A stretch of DNA of 64,000 nt from Patescibacteria group bacterium (GTDB lineage Bacteria > Patescibacteriota > Patescibacteriia > UBA9934), in NCBI GenBank assembly GCA_041666205.1, contig JBAYHI010000002.1:725-64724 (forward strand), in the 5' to 3' direction. The first letter of the stretch is position 1; every line of letters begins with the position of its first letter. Of the stretch, positions 58,897-64,000 are shown piece by piece. Under the pieces are notes generated by a model. It had not been told where the DNA came from. It saw only the letters and a program-made list of their open reading frames with translations, and ran no database searches. Both the position numbers and the translations under genes were made by a program.

Positions 58897-59748
58897 ATGA
58901 AATCAGGATTCGCCGTCCTCGTGGGACGATCAAACGTCGGAAAATCAACGCTTCTCAATACCCTGGTTGGCACAAAAGTCGCCATTACCACACCAAAACC
59001 ACAAACCACACGCCACCCGGTACAAGGAATTGTTACCAAGGCTGACGGTCAAATCGTTTTTGTGGACACGCCTGGGTTCATGCAAAAATCCGGCGACCCG
59101 CTCACCAAAAAACTCACGCACTACATCACGCAATCGTTGCAAGATATTGATGTGGTGATTTACGTTGTGGACCCAACGCGAGAAATTGGCGACGAGGAAA
59201 AAAAGATGCTCCAGATTGTGCGTGGCACGGAAAAGCCAACGCTCATGGTCATTAATAAAATGGACGATAAGGTTGCGGCAAAATATGCGGATTTTTATCG
59301 TGACCTTTCGAAAGATTTTGATGAGACCGTGGAAGTCTCGGCGCTCACCGGCTTCAATGTTGATTTGATTGTTCGTTGGATTTTGAAACACTTACCAGAA
59401 GGAGAACTTCTTTTCCCTGCCGAGCAATTCACAAACCTCACAACCGAAGAGCGCGTCGCAGAAGTCATTCGCGAAAAACTGTTCTTGCGACTGCGCGAAG
59501 AAGTTCCGTATTCTGTTTCTGTTCAGGTGGAAGAAATTGTTGAACGACCCGATGGCACCATCTACATTAAAGCCGTAATTTTCACGAGCGAAAAACGCTA
59601 CGAACGCATGATTGTGGGCCGGGGTGGACAAGGCATTAAAGAAATCGGCCAATCCACACGTCGTGAATTGCAAACGATCAGCGACAAAAAGATTTATCTT
59701 GATTTGCGCGTTGAAACCGATGAATATTGGGTGGAGCGCATGGAATAA
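58897..59748 (+). CDS. era: GTPase Era
   Basis: From MKSGFAVLVGRSNVGKSTLLN. G1-G4 motifs and a C-terminal KH domain (ERMIVGRGGQGIKEIG). Confidence 0.9.
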   Translation: MKSGFAVLVGRSNVGKSTLLNTLVGTKVAITTPKPQTTRHPVQGIVTKADGQIVFVDTPGFMQKSGDPLTKKLTHYITQSLQDIDVVIYVVDPTREIGDEEKKMLQIVRGTEKPTLMVINKMDDKVAAKYADFYRDLSKDFDETVEVSALTGFNVDLIVRWILKHLPEGELLFPAEQFTNLTTEERVAEVIREKLFLRLREEVPYSVSVQVEEIVERPDGTIYIKAVIFTSEKRYERMIVGRGGQGIKEIGQSTRRELQTISDKKIYLDLRVETDEYWVERME

Positions 59749-59749
59749 T

Positions 59750-60328
59750 ATGACAGCATCTCGCTACGAATCCTTGGCGCTCGTTTTACTCCTCGCTTCA
59801 CTGGGATGCATTCTCCTTGTTGGGAATCGCTTGCACGCGGCGTTTGCCGGAGGCGACGGATACAAAACGCATACCTGCGCCATGTCGGAGAACGAAATTT
59901 TTTGTCGCGGACAAATCATTAGCACCATGGAAGGCCATCTCGCATCTCCACTTGAATTAACGATCGGTGATGCACAATTATTTTTAGATCAAAATACGGA
60001 AGTTGAACTAATCGATGGTCGTCCAGGTCAAGAAACAATCTCCCTCATTCAGGGTCGCGTCGTCATCAAAGGGAATCTTAACGTTTCCATTCGCGATATG
60101 AAGATCAACGTGGACGGCACTACATCCCTTGTCCACTATAGCTGGATGGATTTGCTCGACATTTCCTCCATCGCAGGAACAACGACAATTGCTGAAGACG
60201 ACGAGACAATCGACGCAAGCCTCAAATCGATTCAAACCTCAACACTTCCTCCATACAATTCAAAAGAAGTCCGCTTTAGCGCCAGTGAGTCAAGCGCGGC
60301 GGATTTTTACAATGCGGTCCTAAAATAA
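59750..60328 (+). CDS. membrane-anchored hypothetical protein
   Basis: 192 aa. N-terminal TM segment LALVLLLASLGCILLV. Confidence 0.35.
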   Translation: MTASRYESLALVLLLASLGCILLVGNRLHAAFAGGDGYKTHTCAMSENEIFCRGQIISTMEGHLASPLELTIGDAQLFLDQNTEVELIDGRPGQETISLIQGRVVIKGNLNVSIRDMKINVDGTTSLVHYSWMDLLDISSIAGTTTIAEDDETIDASLKSIQTSTLPPYNSKEVRFSASESSAADFYNAVLK

Positions 60329-60384
60329 AACGACCTCGGCTGCGACGCGTGTCGCGAACCGAGGCAGTCTCCACGTGGCGCTCG

Positions 60385-60831
60385 TCAATCCGACTCCACA
60401 TAGTAGACCGGAGCACCTTCTTCCGTTTCCCTTACCTTAACGAGGATTGTCCGCCCGTCCGGGGTTTCGAATTTGCATTCCGTGGGTGGGAGCCCATCAA
60501 ACCAGCGGTCGAGCGCGCGGTAAAGAAACCCGCCCAACATCTCCTGGTGCCACTGTGCTTCTCTGTACCGCTTGCAGAGCTCGGCGTGCTCCTGCGCTCG
60601 AGCACGCTGGGAAGAATCCGCGTGTGCCAGTTGATCAAGAAGGATATCGCAGACTACTCTGCTCGTCTTCAGAGCGAACTCTTTCTGTTTGAGCAAACGT
60701 CGGAACTTCATCGACTTCCGAATGGAATGGACGATCAACGCAAGCGAGGTAAGCGAGAGACAAACAAGAAGCACGTTTGAAATCGCCTGCTCGTGGGCCT
60801 GAACAAACGAAATGATGACGTAGGAATTCAC
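60385..60831 (-). CDS. hypothetical protein on a GC-rich island (GTG start with GGAGG Shine-Dalgarno)
   Basis: 148 aa. One N-terminal TM segment. About 55 % GC versus about 45 % in the flanks. Palindrome C copy 2 lies 95 bp upstream. Confidence 0.4.
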   Translation of the reverse strand: MNSYVIISFVQAHEQAISNVLLVCLSLTSLALIVHSIRKSMKFRRLLKQKEFALKTSRVVCDILLDQLAHADSSQRARAQEHAELCKRYREAQWHQEMLGGFLYRALDRWFDGLPPTECKFETPDGRTILVKVRETEEGAPVYYVESD

Positions 60832-60925
60832 GGGAACCTCCGCTTGAAAAGCGATTCGAAATTAACATAAAAAACCCGATAGGTCAATCCCCATCGGTGT
60901 TTTTCAATTCCCGGAATCGGATAAT

Positions 60926-60953
60926 GTAGGGAACAATAATTATTGTTCCCTAC
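60926..60953. repeat. 28-bp perfect palindrome GTAGGGAACAATAATTATTGTTCCCTAC (family C, copy 2)
   Basis: Read directly. Overlaps the stop codon of the VKOR gene. Confidence 0.9.
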
Positions 60954-61405
60954 GATGATGTCATCGTTTGTTTTTGATCAATCGCCCGCAACCACAGCAC
61001 GAGCCCCAAAATAAGGGCAATACAAATTTGTGAGGTGATGCAAACCACGCACCAGGTGTGAAGCACAAATGCCTCGATACTTGAAAGATATAAACTAAAT
61101 CCCATGCCAACGATTGCCATTGAACCTGCAAGCGTCGCCAATAATTCATTTGCCTTTTTCCAAATGAGCCCAGCGAAAACTAAAAATCCAGCGTATGCCA
61201 TTGCTCCAAGCCCGGCCACGGGAAATCCCACGATGGTTGCATATTTGCTCGTATTCACCACATTGCAGTTGAAGTGCTCGCCGAGTTCGCAAAATCCATA
61301 CAAATCTGTATTCCAATGCGCGGCTGTGGAGAATAATGCCGCCGTAAGGCCAATCGTGCTCACAATAGTGAGCGCAAGGATGATTCCTTTTCGTTTATTC
61401 AACAT
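60950..61405 (-). CDS. vitamin K epoxide reductase (VKOR) family membrane protein
   Basis: From MLNKRKGIILALTIV. Loop cysteines FCELGEHFNC and active-site TWCVVCITS (CxxC) in a TM helix. Confidence 0.65.
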   Translation of the reverse strand: MLNKRKGIILALTIVSTIGLTAALFSTAAHWNTDLYGFCELGEHFNCNVVNTSKYATIVGFPVAGLGAMAYAGFLVFAGLIWKKANELLATLAGSMAIVGMGFSLYLSSIEAFVLHTWCVVCITSQICIALILGLVLWLRAIDQKQTMTSS

Positions 61406-61793
61406 ATTCCTCTGGTAAGGTACAAGAAAACATTTGTGCAAGTGTGGAAAGTTTTTGGCGACCAATGGATTGATATCCTTCTTTGGTTTCCCAAACTGGC
61501 ACGGCATTGATATCCTGATCTGTGCAAAGACTCAAATCATTTACATTCGACGGCGAACATTCAACATAGTTGATATACTTGAAGCTGGAACCGAAGTCCT
61601 CTTTCTGATTAGAACAATTCGAGCACCAAGAAGCGCCATACATTTTTCCGCCGGCATTGGTGATACAATTAGCGAACTCATCTAAATTCACCCCCGGAGA
61701 TGGTTTTGCTTGGGAGAGAAATGCTGCGAGAACAACACCCCCGAGTACGAGAATGGCAAATCCGACCATGAAGACGTTTGACGAAAATCGCAT
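61395..61793 (-). CDS. thioredoxin-fold protein (DsbA-like partner of VKOR)
   Basis: Signal anchor plus GASWCSNCSNQKE, a CxxC in a thioredoxin-fold context. Confidence 0.55.
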   Translation of the reverse strand: MRFSSNVFMVGFAILVLGGVVLAAFLSQAKPSPGVNLDEFANCITNAGGKMYGASWCSNCSNQKEDFGSSFKYINYVECSPSNVNDLSLCTDQDINAVPVWETKEGYQSIGRQKLSTLAQMFSCTLPEEYVE

Positions 61794-61795
61794 AG

Positions 61796-62806
61796 ATGCC
61801 CATAATAATGCCTTTTCAAGGTTTTCGCAATATGAACTGGAATGAAATTCAAAAACCCATCATTGGACTATCCCCCATGGCCGACATGACGGACTCGTCG
61901 TTTTGTCGTGTGGTGAAATCGATCGCGAACCCAATTATTTTCCGCGAAATGATTTCAGCCGAAGCGGTGGTGCGCGGAAATAAGAAAACGCTTGCAATGG
62001 CCAAGATCGACGATTCCGAGCGACCGCTCATTCAACAAATTTTCGGGTCTGATCCGATGGTGATGGCAAACGCCGCAAAAATCATTGAAGACCAGTTTCA
62101 CCCCGATGGCATCGATCTCAATATGGGGTGCCCTGCAAAGAAAATCGTTTCGAATTTCAATGGATCCGCGCTCATGAAAAACCCGGAACTCGCGGCTGAA
62201 ATTGTCAAAGCCGTAAAATCCGCTGTCTCCGTTCCGGTATCTGTGAAAATGCGTGCCGGGTGGAGTGACCCGGAAGCGTGCATTGAGTTTGCGCGCAAGA
62301 TGGAGGAAGCCGGAGCAGATCTTATTACGGTTCATGGGCGAACCGCTTCGCAAGGCTATTCGGGCAAAGCGCGCCGTGACGTGGTCGCGACCGTAAAAAA
62401 GCATGCGCATATCCCCGTCCTTTATAATGGCGACATTGAAACCGCAGAGGATTTCGTGCAAGCGCTCAAAGAAACCGGTTGCGACGGCGCGCTCATCGGA
62501 CGCGGGGCGCTTGGCAATCCCTGGATCTTCAAGCAAATCGAAGATATGCTTGCAGGCCATCCACCGCACCAGCCGACCGCTCCGGAACGATTTGATATCC
62601 TAGAGAAACACCTGGCGCTACACATGGCGCAATACGGGGAACAAAGTACGCCGTGGTTTCGAAAACATCTGATTCAATATCTTAAGGGATTGCCAAGCGC
62701 CAAATCGTGGCGCATTTCCCTCATGCAGGCAGAAACGCCACAAGACATTTTGAAGATTCTCGCGACCTATAGCCAAAACCTTGACCAAACCATCGAGAAC
62801 GTCTAG
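61796..62806 (+). CDS. dus: tRNA-dihydrouridine synthase
   Basis: LSPMADMTDSSFCRVVK...DLNMGCPAKKIV is the Dus TIM-barrel signature. Start may be the ATG at 61835. Confidence 0.85.
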   Translation: MPIIMPFQGFRNMNWNEIQKPIIGLSPMADMTDSSFCRVVKSIANPIIFREMISAEAVVRGNKKTLAMAKIDDSERPLIQQIFGSDPMVMANAAKIIEDQFHPDGIDLNMGCPAKKIVSNFNGSALMKNPELAAEIVKAVKSAVSVPVSVKMRAGWSDPEACIEFARKMEEAGADLITVHGRTASQGYSGKARRDVVATVKKHAHIPVLYNGDIETAEDFVQALKETGCDGALIGRGALGNPWIFKQIEDMLAGHPPHQPTAPERFDILEKHLALHMAQYGEQSTPWFRKHLIQYLKGLPSAKSWRISLMQAETPQDILKILATYSQNLDQTIENV

Positions 62807-62832
62807 TATTGCAGCGCTTTTAAAAACATTGT

Positions 62833-63780
62833 ATGCGAATCGGAATTCTCACGTTCGTATCGGAAAAGAAAAAAATCGCCGTTGGCACCAGCCGTATTAT
62901 TGCACAGGCACGCAGTCGCGGGCATGAGGTAACGGTTTTTTATAAACAATACGTCGGGCTTGTTTTTGGAAATGGCAAAACACTCACCTATAAAGGCGAG
63001 GTCATCAATCCAAAAGACTATGACGTGATTTTGGTGCGGCCAGGGTTTACAGAAGATCCAAGTGTGAATTCTTCGATCATCAAGCAATTTCAGCTTGCAG
63101 GATTTTTTGTCTTGAATGGATATATCGGCGTATTCCGCGCAAAAAATAAAATTCGTACACTTCAGATGCTTGATCACTTCGGGATTCCGGTTCCAAAAAC
63201 CGTGGTCGTTGAAAATCTCGATCTGCTCGAAAAGGCTGCAACCGAATTTCACTTCCCGGTGATCATCAAAGCCGTACATGGCACGCATGGTCGTGGCGTT
63301 TTCTTGGCCGAGTCTGTGCGATCCTTAAAACCGATTGTTGAATATTTGACCACGCGCGAACACGGACCTGTTACGGTGCAGGAATATATCAAAGAAGCAA
63401 AAGGAAAAGATTTGCGCATTTTCGTACTTGGCAAACGCGTGGCCGCTGCCATGGAACGCGAAGCAACCGGCGAGGAATTCCGAGCCAATTTTCACAAAGG
63501 TGGCACCGTGACGCTTGCAGACCTCACAAAAGAAGAGCGCTTGATGGCGATTAAAGCCACACGTATTCTGGGCTTGGATATTTCCGGCGTGGATATTTTG
63601 CGTACAAAAACCGGACCAAAAATTATTGAGGTCAATTCAAACCCGGGTCTGGAAGGGATCAGTCTTGCCACGGGCATTGATGTTGCAAAAAAGGTCGTGG
63701 ATTTCTGCGAGCGCAGTGTAAAAAAATTGCCGAGCAAACAAAAACACCATCCGATTCAGGCGGCTGAGATGAAAGAATAA
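62833..63780 (+). CDS. RimK-family ATP-grasp ligase
   Basis: 315 aa. ATP-grasp core ...FPVIIKAVHGTHGRGVFL...EYIKEAKGKDLRIFVLG... Confidence 0.75.
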   Translation: MRIGILTFVSEKKKIAVGTSRIIAQARSRGHEVTVFYKQYVGLVFGNGKTLTYKGEVINPKDYDVILVRPGFTEDPSVNSSIIKQFQLAGFFVLNGYIGVFRAKNKIRTLQMLDHFGIPVPKTVVVENLDLLEKAATEFHFPVIIKAVHGTHGRGVFLAESVRSLKPIVEYLTTREHGPVTVQEYIKEAKGKDLRIFVLGKRVAAAMEREATGEEFRANFHKGGTVTLADLTKEERLMAIKATRILGLDISGVDILRTKTGPKIIEVNSNPGLEGISLATGIDVAKKVVDFCERSVKKLPSKQKHHPIQAAEMKE

Positions 63781-63786
63781 TTTTGA

Positions 63787-64000
63787 TCTCCACTTTCTTT
63801 GGACCAACAAAGAAAGTGGAGGGAAAGAAATTGGCTGTCAGGTCTGCGCTTGTCAAAGAGGCATACTGTCGTATCCGTCATCGTCCAGGGCGCGTCCAGA
63901 CATCTGGCAACCTGGTTATGGATTGCCAGAGTGTGGCCGCGCTATTCCTGGCCGACTGCCGGATTCCTCTTTGACAATGCTCGAGCTGACGAATCAAATA
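63787..64000 (+). repeat. repeated element copy B: palindrome TCTCCACTTTCTTTG-gaccaa-CAAAGAAAGTGGAGG (63787-63822) plus conserved region running to the window end
   Basis: Aligns at about 75-80 % identity with the reverse complement of 25921-26164, including an exact 31-mer. Internal IR TTGTCAAAGAGG (about 63851) and CCTCTTTGACAA (about 63969). Confidence 0.8.

Noticed and set aside
25921-64000. Inverted copies of the repeat element flank a 37.6-kb segment, which could be read as the ends of a composite transposon or genomic island
   Set aside because: The segment holds core genes (gltX, clpB, the ribosomal protein block, alaS, murJ, era). It is better explained as a dispersed repeat in opposite orientations.

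Overview
This 64 kb window reads as a small, gene-dense genome at roughly 45-48 % GC. Genes are short and often overlap at start/stop codons. Informational proteins are in reduced forms, and there are large surface proteins plus a PduL-type fermentation enzyme. That style fits a Candidate Phyla Radiation / Patescibacteria-like bacterium. TGA is used as a stop codon, so the standard code 11 applies.

Core gene blocks, in order along the window:
- ATP synthase atpA(3' part)-atpG-atpD-atpC.
- Two small paralogous proteins with a beta-carbonic-anhydrase-like motif, then a GNAT acetyltransferase, a VanW protein, a LysM protein and a HIT hydrolase.
- A 972-aa UvrD-type helicase fused to a RecB/Cas4-like nuclease, followed by a DUF721-like protein.
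- The cell-shape cluster mreB-mreC-mreD-PBP2.
- A 1122-aa FG-GAP surface protein.
- greA, lysS, a RibL/TagD-like nucleotidyltransferase, serS, alr and an FtsQ-like protein.
- On the minus strand: an M23 peptidase, gltX, tagA and a membrane protein.
- clpB, a coiled-coil protein, yjjX, tRNA-Ala(GGC) and a MazG-like protein.
- A MEMO1-like protein, a PriA lacking ATPase motifs, def and fmt.
- On the minus strand: a Wzx flippase / GT4 / GT2 / GT2 / Wzy-like polysaccharide cluster.
- On the minus strand: a ribosomal block rpsI-rplM and rplQ-rpoA-rpsD-rpsK-rpsM-rpmJ-infA.
- An IS200/RAYT-type HUH transposase, a compact alaS, murJ, a surface protein with CARDB, TSP3 and PKD domains, and PduL.
- A GT2, a SpoU methylase, an Ntd-like protein and a CYTH protein, then era.
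- A VKOR plus thioredoxin-like pair, then dus and rimK.

I do not recognise a known defence or CRISPR system. The most unusual content is several families of intergenic palindromic or hairpin repeats, plus GC-rich islands (about 55-58 % GC) carrying small Shine-Dalgarno-equipped orphan ORFs. One hairpin family shows compensatory stem changes between copies. A 28-bp perfect palindrome sits upstream of two unrelated GC-rich ORFs. An element of at least 215 bp (small ORF, conserved 320-bp noncoding region, 14-15-bp palindrome) is present in inverted orientation at 25.5-26.2 kb and again at 63.8 kb, running past the window end. The HUH transposase also carries two GC-rich hairpins in-frame within its coding sequence.
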